Assembly: GCA_041660065.1 (NCBI GenBank)
Contig: JBAZXC010000001.1
Coordinates: 328,535-392,534, forward strand
DNA: 64,000 bases
Direction of reading: 5' to 3'
Origin: Parcubacteria group bacterium
GTDB lineage: Bacteria; Patescibacteriota; Minisyncoccia; Moranbacterales; GCA-2747515
Shown: in pieces, positions 29,279 through 39,177 of the stretch
Layout of the letters: each line of letters begins with the position of its first letter
How positions within the stretch are numbered: the first letter of the stretch is position 1
Notes under the pieces: generated by a model
Told to the model about the DNA's origin: nothing
The model's database searches: none
What the model saw: the letters and a program-made list of their open reading frames with translations, nothing else
Program-made: the position numbers and the translations under genes

Positions 29279-31240
29279 ATGGATACGTCAGACAAAAAAT
29301 ACCTCATTTCTGTTGCTCCGCTTACACGCATTGCCCTTTCACGCGATCAGTCGTTCTTTTATATGTGGCATGAGATGTTATCCACTGGAACGCTTGTGTC
29401 AATTTCAATAGGTCGGCGCACGATCGAAGGTATTGTGACAGATAGCGCACCGGATTTCCCGCGCGAAAGTCAATTTCAGATCAAACGAGTCACGAAGATC
29501 ATTGAGAAGGATTTTCTCACGAAAGAACAACTGGAGTTGGCACAGTATATTTCAGAATACTATTATGCCCCTCTCGGACTCGTACTCAAACACTTTGTCC
29601 CCCAACGCACGATGATGCGTGGCACACCAGTCACTCTTCGTATTAAAAAACACACGATCGAAACAAATGTGGCGCAAGAAGATATCATTGCACAATTATT
29701 CACTACGCATAAGACATCTAGATCCTTTTTTCTCCACGCCCCAGTTGTCCATGACAAGATGACGATCCTTCTCGGATTGCTTCAAAAGATCCACGCCGAG
29801 AGTACATCTCAAACTTTATACATTCTCCCGGAACTGATGCAGACACCCTATATTTCAGAATTCTTTCATCAATTTTTTCCTGCAGATGAGGTCGCGATCC
29901 TCCACAGCAAAATTCCACGCGGACAATATTATCACAAGTGGCGAGCGATCCGTACAGGCAAAGTACGCGTCATCATTGGCACACGCAGTGCGCTTTTCGC
30001 ACCGTTTACCAAACTGGCGACAGTGATCATCGACGAAGCACATGATCCGTCGCACAAACAATGGGACCATTATCCCCTTTATGACGCACGCACGGTGTCC
30101 TATACGCTTGCCACATTACATAATGCCACGCACATCCTCACATCCGCTGCCCCGCGTGCGGTGGATTATGTGCACAAACTCACCAAAGACGCGTCCCTCA
30201 CATTTGTCCAATCCCCCGCGCACGCCCATGCAAAAATTGAGATCGTTGATATGAAAAAGGAACGCTGGGACAAAAACCGCTCACCTCTTTCACGCACGCT
30301 GACATATCAGATCAAGACTGCTTTGCAAAAAAACAAACAAGTTTTACTTTTTGTCAATCGTCAAGGGGAAAGTGCTTTTTCGCTCTGTACCAAATGTCGC
30401 ACGGTTGTGTTGTGTCCCACATGCGATCGCGCACTCATTCATCACTCATCCAAAAAGTACATGTGTATTCATTGCTCTTTCACCATGCCATCCAGCGCAA
30501 AATGCACTGCGTGTAAAGCACCTGTTGAACATATCGGCATCGGCACACAGCGCATCGCCAAAGAATTACACAAAGCCCTCCCCAAAGCGCGCATCGCAGT
30601 AGTGGATTCCTCGACAATGAAAAAGACAGGTGCGCATAAAAAGATCTACGATGATTTCCGTGACAAGAAGATCGATGTCGTGATCGGTACACAGATGATC
30701 ACAAAAGGCTGGCACGGCGACAATGTGACACTGGTCGGTATCATTGATATGGACGACCTCCTGAGCCTTCCATCATACGATGGCAACGAAAAAGCGTTTT
30801 CCTATATCATGCAACTCACCGCACGCACACATCACGGCACCGTACTTGTGCAAACATTTCAACCGGAGAATCCTGCCCTGCGCTATGCAGGCACATATGA
30901 CTTTGACGGGTTTTATCGTGAAGAGTTGGATCTGCGCAAAGTACTTTCCTATCCGCCATATACACAACTCATCAAACTGACGTGCAAAGGAGATACAAAA
31001 GAAAAAGTGCATGCACTTGTCAAAGAAAAATATGCCACACTCTGTGATGTGTGCAAAAGTGATCCAAAAATTCGCGTCTCAGAACCGCATGATCCCCTCG
31101 TGAATAAAGTACGCACAAAATACTATCGCCAAATCGTTGTACGTTGTGCACACAAAAAGATTCCGCAAGCATTACACTATATATTACGCGACTGTGACCT
31201 CGCATGGTCGATTGATATGGATCCGATTTCTATCGTATAA
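29279..31240 (+). CDS. priA: Primosomal protein N' with degenerate ATPase motifs
   Basis: IGTRSALFAP, IIDEAHD, four CxxC, GTQMITKG, YPPY. Confidence 0.9.
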   Translation: MDTSDKKYLISVAPLTRIALSRDQSFFYMWHEMLSTGTLVSISIGRRTIEGIVTDSAPDFPRESQFQIKRVTKIIEKDFLTKEQLELAQYISEYYYAPLGLVLKHFVPQRTMMRGTPVTLRIKKHTIETNVAQEDIIAQLFTTHKTSRSFFLHAPVVHDKMTILLGLLQKIHAESTSQTLYILPELMQTPYISEFFHQFFPADEVAILHSKIPRGQYYHKWRAIRTGKVRVIIGTRSALFAPFTKLATVIIDEAHDPSHKQWDHYPLYDARTVSYTLATLHNATHILTSAAPRAVDYVHKLTKDASLTFVQSPAHAHAKIEIVDMKKERWDKNRSPLSRTLTYQIKTALQKNKQVLLFVNRQGESAFSLCTKCRTVVLCPTCDRALIHHSSKKYMCIHCSFTMPSSAKCTACKAPVEHIGIGTQRIAKELHKALPKARIAVVDSSTMKKTGAHKKIYDDFRDKKIDVVIGTQMITKGWHGDNVTLVGIIDMDDLLSLPSYDGNEKAFSYIMQLTARTHHGTVLVQTFQPENPALRYAGTYDFDGFYREELDLRKVLSYPPYTQLIKLTCKGDTKEKVHALVKEKYATLCDVCKSDPKIRVSEPHDPLVNKVRTKYYRQIVVRCAHKKIPQALHYILRDCDLAWSIDMDPISIV

Positions 31241-31242
31241 AA

Positions 31243-31269
31243 AGATTCCGGATCACGTCCGGAATGACA
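31243..31269. repeat. REP-like palindrome
   Basis: AGATTCCGGATCACGTCCGGAATGACA between convergent priA and rlmN. Confidence 0.65.
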
Positions 31270-31339
31270 AATAAAAAGAATAATATCAAATCAACCCCTT
31301 CTCTCACCATAGCGGGGAGAAAGCGACCAGTCAAAGATC

Positions 31340-32368
31340 TTATTTCCCTGCCAGTTGTCCGCATGCGCCACTGATATCATCGCCGACACTCTTGCGGATC
31401 GTGCACGGGATATGCGCTTTTTGCATGATCGATTGAAATTTTTTGACCGTTTCTCGTTCTGACGGTGAGAAGTTTTCTCCGATCGCGTTGTAACGGATCA
31501 GATTGATATGAAGAAGTTGCATATGTCCGATCGATGCAACGTATTGCGCAAGCAAGCGTGCATCTTCCGGCGTATCATTGATCCCTTTTAACATAATATA
31601 TTCGATGAAAATTTTGCGTTTGTTTTTGGATAGATAATATTGCAATGCGTGACGCAATTGTGAGAGATCGTATCCATTGTTCACCGGCATGTATTTTGTA
31701 CGTTTTGCATCAGATACGAAATGCAAGGAAATCGCCAGATTGATCTGTGGACACGTATCTGCAAAATCCATGATCCCCGACACAATGCCCGATGTGGAGA
31801 TAGAGAGCCCGCGATTGGCAAATCCAAAGAGGTCCTTATCCGTCAATATGTCAATGCTCTCTTTGACATTCTTCCAATTCATAAACGGTTCTCCCATGCC
31901 CATGTAGACGATATTGGCAAATGTGTCGATGATATTATGTTGCTTCAGATATTGACGCCACAAAAGCACCTGACTTGTGATCTCATCCGTTGTAAGATTG
32001 CGTACCAAACCCAATTTTCCCGTTGCACAAAAAGCGCACCCCATCGCACAGCCAACTTGCGATGAAATGCACGCTGACCACATTTGTGGTTTGGGAGAAA
32101 TCAAAACGGTCTCGATCATGTGCTTACCCTCTGTCAGTTGTAACAGCGCTTTGATCGCGCGACCGTCTTGCGAGGCGTGTATTTTGACCACAGTAAACGG
32201 CAAAATCGGCACATTGCGTAATAATTCTTCTTGCAATGCTCGTGGAATTGTCGTGATCTCCGCGTATGTTGCACAACCGTCTTGCACAATGCCCTTGATG
32301 ATCTGCTTGCGGCGAAAATCCGGATGCTTATGTTCTGAGAGATATGTCGATAACTGTGTGATATTCAT
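31340..32368 (-). CDS. rlmN: 23S rRNA m2A2503 radical SAM methyltransferase
   Basis: CISSQVGCAMGCAFC, MGMGEP, GACGQL. Confidence 0.95.
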   Translation of the reverse strand: MNITQLSTYLSEHKHPDFRRKQIIKGIVQDGCATYAEITTIPRALQEELLRNVPILPFTVVKIHASQDGRAIKALLQLTEGKHMIETVLISPKPQMWSACISSQVGCAMGCAFCATGKLGLVRNLTTDEITSQVLLWRQYLKQHNIIDTFANIVYMGMGEPFMNWKNVKESIDILTDKDLFGFANRGLSISTSGIVSGIMDFADTCPQINLAISLHFVSDAKRTKYMPVNNGYDLSQLRHALQYYLSKNKRKIFIEYIMLKGINDTPEDARLLAQYVASIGHMQLLHINLIRYNAIGENFSPSERETVKKFQSIMQKAHIPCTIRKSVGDDISGACGQLAGK

Positions 32369-32397
32369 ATAATGTCTTATTTTTACGTGGCTACTTA

Positions 32398-32571
32398 GTA
32401 ACTGTCTAATATCTCATGTCGAGTTGAAATGCCAAAATTTCGAGCGAAAAAAACGGAAGTTGAGGGAGAGCTATCGGGTGATAACCCGACGAAACTTACG
32501 TTTTTTGTAGCCGAAATTTTGGCATTTCAGCCGACAAGCCATTTTTTGGTGTTGAGATGTTAGGCAGTTAC
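32398..32571. mobile_element. MITE with terminal inverted repeats and TTA target duplication
   Basis: TTA|GTAACTGTCTAATATCTCA ... TGAGATGTTAGGCAGTTAC|TTA; nested internal palindrome. Confidence 0.8.
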
Positions 32572-33590
32572 TTAGCATCACATACTACCGTTTGACCGGT
32601 ATTTTTCATGCAAACAGTATGCTCACGAAAAGTCAGTGTATCATGTTCTTTGTCAAAAGTCACGCCTACCATGAGACCTTTTTGTGTCTCTGGACGGAAA
32701 TATTGATCAAACACAAAATTGCCCAATGAATAATAGATCTGCTTGCCGTTATATTCCTCTGCATCTTGTACGACGTGCGGATGCGATCCGATGATCACAT
32801 CACTACCGGCGTCGATCAGCGCATGTGCAAGTTCTCTTTCCACACTACGCGATTGTGTTGCATATTCTACACCCCAATGTGTATAGACCACCACAAAATC
32901 ACTTTCATTTTTTACAGCGGCCAGGTCGGCAAATACATGTTCGCGCGCATCCGGTACAAATGCGTTATAATTCACCACGCCGATCGCCATACCGCCAATA
33001 TGGAGAACATCAAACCGTTTTTCTTCCGGCGATCCCGTATCACCGACATACGTGATACCTTTTTCTTCCAAGAATTTTTTGGTACTCCGGATCCCCTCGT
33101 TACCAAAATTGTTCATGTGATTGTTGCCGAGGTTGACTGCACACACATGTGTATTTTTGAGTACATCGACTACCTGCGGATCAAATGTAAATTGATAATT
33201 TTGTGCGGAGCCAAATGCCGATCCTTCCGACACCGATGCATTTTCTGTCACCGGTCCTTCGAGATTGGCAAACACACAATCACTGCCGCGCATTACATCT
33301 TTTGTCCCTGCCAAAATATTCTCATAACCATTTTGACGCGCTTTCTGCCGGATGTGGCGATCAAAATTCATATCACCTGCAAAGAGAATTGTGACGGGAC
33401 GCACTTCTTGAGTCGCATTGTTTTCATCTTCTTTTGATGCTCCAAGATCATCAGAAGTGGCATGCTCTACAACGCCTGTAGTTTGTATTTGCGATAACTG
33501 TTCCGGATGATGATACAAAATAACAAAGCCCCACACCATACTACCCGTGGCAACCATAAGTAAAAAAAGAGTCGTTAATGTATTTTTCAT
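32568..33590 (-). CDS. CapA family (PGA_cap) metallophosphoesterase
   Basis: FAGD, NLEG, LGNNH, HWG.EY, GSHPHV, YSLGNFVFDQ. Confidence 0.92.
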   Translation of the reverse strand: MKNTLTTLFLLMVATGSMVWGFVILYHHPEQLSQIQTTGVVEHATSDDLGASKEDENNATQEVRPVTILFAGDMNFDRHIRQKARQNGYENILAGTKDVMRGSDCVFANLEGPVTENASVSEGSAFGSAQNYQFTFDPQVVDVLKNTHVCAVNLGNNHMNNFGNEGIRSTKKFLEEKGITYVGDTGSPEEKRFDVLHIGGMAIGVVNYNAFVPDAREHVFADLAAVKNESDFVVVYTHWGVEYATQSRSVERELAHALIDAGSDVIIGSHPHVVQDAEEYNGKQIYYSLGNFVFDQYFRPETQKGLMVGVTFDKEHDTLTFREHTVCMKNTGQTVVCDAK

Positions 33591-33655
33591 ATGCAATAAA
33601 TTCAACCAATTTCATTATACAACACAAAGTCATATTTTTATTGTATAATGAAGAA

Positions 33656-34669
33656 ATGGAAAGGAATTGGGTACTGACATTTGTCGTCTATTTCGCCGTT
33701 TTTAGCCTCATCGTCATTGTTGGGATGGTTTCTGTGCGTCTTATTACACATCAGACCGATACTGCTCCGACAGTGACTCCCAGTCTTGCATCATCATCCG
33801 CACCAGAAGAATTACCAAAAATTACACCCGAAGAAACAAAGCAAAATGCAAATGCCCAAAACCCTGTGCCGCCCACGCCAACAAAGCCATTTTCGTTTGT
33901 CGTCCTTGCCGATGCCGAGGATTATGGCGTCCCATCCGGACACAATGCTATTCTCGAACACATGCTGGCATCCGGCGCGGCACAAAAGCCGACGTTTGCG
34001 ATCTTTAGCGGAGATTTGATCACTATGCCCGATACACTCCCTTCACGCATTACCAACCTCCTCGCACTTCTCAATCGCCATTATCCCACCTATTACATCG
34101 CGTTTGGCAAACACGACATCGAATGTGGCAACCAATGTGTTGACGTCTGGAACAAACTTTTTTTTCATATAAAAAACCCTACAAAAAAAGATCGTATCTT
34201 GTATCATTCATTTGATCATGAGAACACGCACTTCGTCCTCCTCTCATCCGACTATCCGCTCAAGCACGGTGTGGACGATGCGCAATTGGCATGGCTTGAT
34301 GATGATCTCACCAAAACAGACAAAGAAAATATCATCGTTGTTTCTCACGTGCCACCAATTAACTTTTACAAAGAATCCACCGAAACGTGTCATGACATGA
34401 CCTGTGACGAGGCACGACGCATGCGCCTCCAAAACATCCTCGCTAAACATCATGTCGACCTCGTCCTCTCCGGACATGAACACACATTCGATCACAGGAT
34501 CGTCGACAATGTCGTGTATATCCTCGCTGGCAATGTTGGTAATGGTAAGCGATACAAAAACACACTGTGGCAAAGCAGCTTCCTCTACATCACTATCGAT
34601 GGACCACACATCACATTGAAACTACTCGACGAAAACGGCAATGCCCTCCAGCAAAAGCCGATCAAATAG
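33656..34669 (+). CDS. Membrane-anchored calcineurin-like metallophosphoesterase
   Basis: N-terminal TM; LAD, SGDL, GKHD, SH.PP, SGHEH. Confidence 0.88.
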   Translation: MERNWVLTFVVYFAVFSLIVIVGMVSVRLITHQTDTAPTVTPSLASSSAPEELPKITPEETKQNANAQNPVPPTPTKPFSFVVLADAEDYGVPSGHNAILEHMLASGAAQKPTFAIFSGDLITMPDTLPSRITNLLALLNRHYPTYYIAFGKHDIECGNQCVDVWNKLFFHIKNPTKKDRILYHSFDHENTHFVLLSSDYPLKHGVDDAQLAWLDDDLTKTDKENIIVVSHVPPINFYKESTETCHDMTCDEARRMRLQNILAKHHVDLVLSGHEHTFDHRIVDNVVYILAGNVGNGKRYKNTLWQSSFLYITIDGPHITLKLLDENGNALQQKPIK

Positions 34670-34715
34670 AAAAAGACCATAAGGCACTGTCCCAAAGCAC
34701 CCGGAGTCACCCACC

Positions 34716-35267
34716 TTACTCTATATCGGAAAGTAGTATGTCGATCTGCGCGTAAAGATTCTCAATATCGCTGTTATTATCAAGCACAACATCAGCATAT
34801 TCTTTGAGTCCGGCGATTTGTAATTCTGCATCTGCCTTGCTCTCTGCTTCGAACTGCTCAAATGTTTTGTCACGATCATCAGTATTTTCACTGCGCTTGA
34901 TGATGCGTTCATAACGTGTCTTGATATCCACATCGATATACACGAGCTTGAACTCCGGAATTTGTTTGAGGAAGACAATGTCATCCATCCGTCGCACACC
35001 ATCCACCACGATCACTTCCGCAGGATCCTTTTTGACATCTTCCGCCATCACATGCGCAAGCGCGTCTTGTCCATATGTTTCTCGAATGATCCGTGAAAGT
35101 TCTTGTAAATTGTCCCGCGACTGTTCAATATGCAAGCGATCCAACACATCACGCAACATTGTCGAAAAACGATGTGTTGACGCTTTTTTCTCCGCCACCA
35201 AATATTGCGCGACTGTACCCTTGCCGCTCGCCATCTCTCCCGCAAGTCCGATAATGATCTTTGCCAT
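34716..35267 (-). CDS. P-loop nucleotide kinase (dephospho-CoA/dNMP-kinase-like)
   Basis: GLAGEMASGKGT, VDGVRR, RYER. Confidence 0.8.
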   Translation of the reverse strand: MAKIIIGLAGEMASGKGTVAQYLVAEKKASTHRFSTMLRDVLDRLHIEQSRDNLQELSRIIRETYGQDALAHVMAEDVKKDPAEVIVVDGVRRMDDIVFLKQIPEFKLVYIDVDIKTRYERIIKRSENTDDRDKTFEQFEAESKADAELQIAGLKEYADVVLDNNSDIENLYAQIDILLSDIE

Positions 35268-35316
35268 AAATATAGTTAAAAGTTTATAAAGTTATAAAGA
35301 CTCAGCCAACAGCCAA

Positions 35317-35814
35317 TTATTTCTTCTTTTTTATCTTTTGCAAAAGCAATTCATTTTTTGGTACGTACCGACGTAACTTCACGCCCGCCATACGCAACAT
35401 CTTACGTGACGCTTTGAATATGTCCACATCTGCATATTTGTCAGAGGTATATACGACCTCAGCAATCCCGCTCTGGATGATTATCTTTGCACATTCATTG
35501 CAAGGAAAAAGACTAATATACATCCGACAACCTTTCACAGAACTGTTTGCATTCATGATCGCATTTGCCTCCGCATGAACAACGTACGTGTATTTTACAT
35601 CTAATACTTTTCCCTCACGCTTCCATGGTATTTTGTCATCATGACACCCACGCGGATGTCCATTGTATCCCAGTCCAATGATCACATTATTCTGACCGAC
35701 GATGCATGCACCCACTTGTGTCGATGGATCTTTGGATCTCTGTGCAATAAGCATGCTCATGAGCATAAATGTTTCATCCCAGTCCAAATAATCTTTTCTC
35801 TTATCACCTTTCAT
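35317..35814 (-). CDS. dCMP deaminase
   Basis: [25 protein letters not shown]. Confidence 0.95.
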   Translation of the reverse strand: MKGDKRKDYLDWDETFMLMSMLIAQRSKDPSTQVGACIVGQNNVIIGLGYNGHPRGCHDDKIPWKREGKVLDVKYTYVVHAEANAIMNANSSVKGCRMYISLFPCNECAKIIIQSGIAEVVYTSDKYADVDIFKASRKMLRMAGVKLRRYVPKNELLLQKIKKKK

Positions 35815-35831
35815 AGATTTGCTCTACTTAA

Positions 35832-36401
35832 TTATTCAGAACGACTTTTTAAGATCTCTTTCATCACATCATCCACTTGCCACAGAAGTTCATCCATTGT
35901 TCCCTCGTTGCGTACCGTAAAATCCGCTTTTTTGCCAATTGCCGGAATGGCTTTCTCTGTTTCTGCTGTTGCTTCAAATGTCTGAAATGCGTCAAATGTC
36001 TGATTATCGTCGGATTTTTCTCCACGACTTGTCGTACGTTTCCATCGCAATTTTTGATCCGCAGTCACATAGATAATATAATTATCAGGGAAAGAGCGGA
36101 TGAAATCAAGATCCATCATCATGCGCATCCCGTTGACACACATGATCCCGTCATGCTGTGCGATATAACGTGCCACGCCCCGATGCAACACGTCCTCCCC
36201 AAATCGTTCTTTGAATATGCTATACAGCCATGATTGATCCTCTTTGGATGATTGTTCAAAAAAGAGATCCAGCGCCTTCTTGAGCGGTCGACTAAAACGC
36301 AGAAGTTCCACATCATACCGTCTATGCAAGTAATGTGCAACCGTATCTTTACCGCTTCCTGTTTCTCCCACCAACCCAAGAATAATTTTTTTATTTTGCA
36401 T
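35832..36401 (-). CDS. P-loop nucleotide kinase, paralogue of 34716-35267
   Basis: GLVGETGSGKDT, NGMR, RWKR. Confidence 0.8.
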   Translation of the reverse strand: MQNKKIILGLVGETGSGKDTVAHYLHRRYDVELLRFSRPLKKALDLFFEQSSKEDQSWLYSIFKERFGEDVLHRGVARYIAQHDGIMCVNGMRMMMDLDFIRSFPDNYIIYVTADQKLRWKRTTSRGEKSDDNQTFDAFQTFEATAETEKAIPAIGKKADFTVRNEGTMDELLWQVDDVMKEILKSRSE

Positions 36402-36512
36402 AAATTTATTCCCTATAATAAAAAATCATGTATTACTTGTAAATTATATAGCACCCCAACAAAAAAGTCCACGCTACTCACATGAACCGTTTTGTATGAA
36501 TTCCTCAGAGCT

Positions 36513-37184
36513 TTACTGCACCTTTACGGATGGGCCCATTGTGGAACACATGCTTATTGATGTAATAAATTGTCCCTTGTGTGCTTCTGTGCGACACGCT
36601 TTTACAGAGTCGACCAGTGCATTATAATTTTGTGTGATCTTTTCTCCGTCAAATGACGCTTTGCCGATGACCTGATGGATATTGCCGGAATTATCATTTT
36701 TGAAATTTGCCTTGCCCTTTTTGAGTGATTCTACCGCCTCGCCGACATTCACTGTCACGGTATCCGTTTTTGGACTTGGCATGAGACCGCGCGGTCCGAG
36801 AATGCGTGCGACTGGCGCAAGCTTTGGCATCATGTCCGGTGTTGCTACGAGAACATCCGCTTCCGGTAATTCACCCGCCTTGATCTTATCAATGAGTTCT
36901 TGACCTCCGACGATATCTGCACCCGCCTTTTTTGCCTCGTCTGCCTTGCTCTCTGTGATCACAGCAACACGAACGGCTTTGCCGATGCCATGTGGCAACG
37001 ATACGCTTCCGCGCACTGCCTGCTCTCCTTTTTTGGGATCGATATTGAGTCGTACATGCACTTCGATCGATTCGTCAAACTTTGCTTTGGCATTTTCTTT
37101 GACAAAATTTATTGCATCTGCCAATACCATTTGCTCGCTAACACGTTTCTCCATTGCACCATTGTATCTCTTGCTTCTTTTCAT
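36513..37184 (-). CDS. rplA: 50S ribosomal protein L1
   Basis: KFDESIE, LPHGIG, LGPRGLMP, STMGP. Confidence 0.98.
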   Translation of the reverse strand: MKRSKRYNGAMEKRVSEQMVLADAINFVKENAKAKFDESIEVHVRLNIDPKKGEQAVRGSVSLPHGIGKAVRVAVITESKADEAKKAGADIVGGQELIDKIKAGELPEADVLVATPDMMPKLAPVARILGPRGLMPSPKTDTVTVNVGEAVESLKKGKANFKNDNSGNIHQVIGKASFDGEKITQNYNALVDSVKACRTEAHKGQFITSISMCSTMGPSVKVQ

Positions 37185-37190
37185 AATATT

Positions 37191-37228
37191 GTTGTGGTAT
37201 TACCGAGTCACACTGACTCTCCCACCAA
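37191..37228 (-). promoter_or_regulatory. L1-binding leader-like hairpin upstream of rplA
   Basis: Minus strand GTGGGAG-AGTCAGTGTGACTC-GGTAATACCAC. Confidence 0.6.
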
Positions 37229-37248
37229 TGAGTTTAAAAGTTATAATG

Positions 37249-37541
37249 TTTACCCTGTTAAATACGATTTGAGCCGATTCTTGAGAAACATTTTACCGTA
37301 ATATGTTTTGAGATACTTTTCTCTGTGTGTTGCATCTTGCTGATTAAGTGATGCTTCATAATAAATCAATTTTAACGGCCTTCTGTCTTTTGTGGAATCA
37401 ACCAAACCTTTTTTATGTTGTTCAAATCGTAATTTTAAATTTTTAGTATACCCTGTATAATTTTTTTGATCTTTCTCACTCTTCAATACGTATACATAAT
37501 ACATATCTCTACGGAAATTTAAAATTATTTAACAGGGTAAA
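37249..37541. mobile_element. GIY-YIG mini-element bounded by a 16-bp perfect inverted repeat
   Basis: TTTACCCTGTTAAATA (37249-37264) / TATTTAACAGGGTAAA (37526-37541). Confidence 0.7.
37250..37504 (-). CDS. Small GIY-YIG nuclease
   Basis: YYVYVL...YTGYT..L..R..QH...YYE...A..RE..LK. Confidence 0.92.
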   Translation of the reverse strand: MYYVYVLKSEKDQKNYTGYTKNLKLRFEQHKKGLVDSTKDRRPLKLIYYEASLNQQDATHREKYLKTYYGKMFLKNRLKSYLTG

Positions 37542-37552
37542 TTTGTTAACCC

Positions 37553-37981
37553 CTATTCTTCTACTGTAATACCCATAGATCGTGCTGTGCCTTCGATGAT
37601 CTTCATCGCGGATTCCACATTTGCCGCATTGAGATCCTCCATCTTTGTTTCTGCGATCTCGCGCACCTGCGCTTTGGTCACTTTGCCCACTTTATCCGTT
37701 ACAGGATTACTTGCGCCTTTTTGTGCTCCGGCTGCCTTCTTGAGCAGATCCGATGCCGGTGATGTTTTCATCACAAATTTAAATGTGCGATCTTCATACA
37801 CCGTGATCGCAACTGGGACGATATCACCCATACGTTCTTTGGATGCCTCATTGAACTGTGAACAAAACTCCTGAATATTGAGCCCATGTTGACCCAATGC
37901 CGGACCGACCGGAGGAGCAGGGTTTGCTTTTCCTGCCGGAATCTGCAATTTGATGATTGTCTTGATCTTCTTTTCTGCCAT
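37553..37981 (-). CDS. rplK: 50S ribosomal protein L11
   Basis: [22 protein letters not shown]. Confidence 0.98.
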   Translation of the reverse strand: MAEKKIKTIIKLQIPAGKANPAPPVGPALGQHGLNIQEFCSQFNEASKERMGDIVPVAITVYEDRTFKFVMKTSPASDLLKKAAGAQKGASNPVTDKVGKVTKAQVREIAETKMEDLNAANVESAMKIIEGTARSMGITVEE

Positions 37982-38021
37982 ATGTTTGAAATAGTGAATA
38001 AATAGTATAATTTATAACTGC

Positions 38022-38567
38022 TTAAAGTTTTTTGATCTGGAGAAAGTCCAGTTCTACCGGTGTTTCGCGACCAAATACGAGCACAAACACCTTGACCTTT
38101 CCTTTTGCTTCATCGATCTCTTTTACTTCTCCATCAAAGTCTTTGAACGGTCCATCGACGATCTTGATGCTTTCCCCTTTCTTTACATCAATACGATATT
38201 TCGGTTCATTTTGTCCCATCTTCTTTTTGATGGAAGTGATCTCGTTGGCATCTACAGGTGTCGGCGTTGTCCCAAGTCCGATAAATCCTGTTACATTTGG
38301 CGTATTGCGCACCACATACCATGACGCATCCGTCACCACCATCTGCACCAATACATATCCGGGATAAATTTTTTCTTCCACTGTTACACGTTTGCCGTTT
38401 TTGATCTTGATCTTTTTTTCCACAGGGACGATCACATCAAAAATGTAGTCTTGCATGTCCATGGATTCGATACGTTGTCGCAAATTGCGTGCCACATTAT
38501 CCTCGTAACCGGAATATGTATGAAGAACATACCACGCCTTGCCGTGATGTTGCGTTTGTTTTGCCAT
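38022..38567 (-). CDS. nusG: Transcription factor NusG
   Basis: WYVLHTYSGYE, PGYVLV, FGRETPVEL. Confidence 0.98.
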   Translation of the reverse strand: MAKQTQHHGKAWYVLHTYSGYEDNVARNLRQRIESMDMQDYIFDVIVPVEKKIKIKNGKRVTVEEKIYPGYVLVQMVVTDASWYVVRNTPNVTGFIGLGTTPTPVDANEITSIKKKMGQNEPKYRIDVKKGESIKIVDGPFKDFDGEVKEIDEAKGKVKVFVLVFGRETPVELDFLQIKKL

Positions 38568-38612
38568 ATATACGAACTAAATATTATTGATATAAATTAC
38601 ACGAAAAAAATT

Positions 38613-38798
38613 TTATTTGAAAAGCACATCTTTGATAATGCCACCAAAGATATAATCCAATATCCCGAGGAAAAGTGCGATTGCCACACTGATCACGACA
38701 ACCAGCGTCGTGTATTGGATCGTTTGTTCACGCGTCGGCCATGACACTCTGCGCAATTCGCCATAGGCCTCCCGCAAAAATTGTTTGATTTTCTCCAT
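38613..38798 (-). CDS. secE: Preprotein translocase SecE
   Basis: ELRRVSWPT plus a TM helix; upstream of nusG. Confidence 0.95.
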   Translation of the reverse strand: MEKIKQFLREAYGELRRVSWPTREQTIQYTTLVVVISVAIALFLGILDYIFGGIIKDVLFK

Positions 38799-38989
38799 AT
38801 TTGTTGGATTTTAAAAAAGCCCCCTCGGGCTCTATATACACATTCATACTATCGCTTTTTCCAATTTTTGTCAAATACCTTTTTAGGGAGTAGACATTGG
38901 GTGGTAGGTGATAGAAGTTAGGTTGTAGGGGGTGAGGGTCAGAGGTTAGGTGATAGCCGGTTGTTACTCTCGCGCTCGCATGTCGGTCC

Positions 38990-39146
38990 ATTGTCATCCT
39001 GTCGCGCCCTGAGCATTTAGGGATCTACACTGGGAATCCACTTGTCATCCTCAGCTGGACTGGGGATCCATAAGCTCTCAATGATCTTTTTTGGTTTCTC
39101 TATATTCCCAATAATCTACGCCCTACCACCCTAATTTCTACACCCT
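38990..39146 (+). repeat. ~155-bp direct repeat, copy 1 (REP-like units plus CTAC-rich short repeats)
   Basis: Aligns with 40534-40689; contains GTCATCCTCAGCTGGACTGGGGATCCA. Confidence 0.85.
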
Positions 39147-39177
39147 CAGAAAACGAGAATCATTGTCTTCAAATTTC

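Noticed and set aside
38800-38990. tRNA upstream of secE, or the 89-aa ORF 38728..38997
   Set aside because: No cloverleaf or TTC-loop; the region is a small hairpin plus TAG-rich short repeats, which give a spurious ORF
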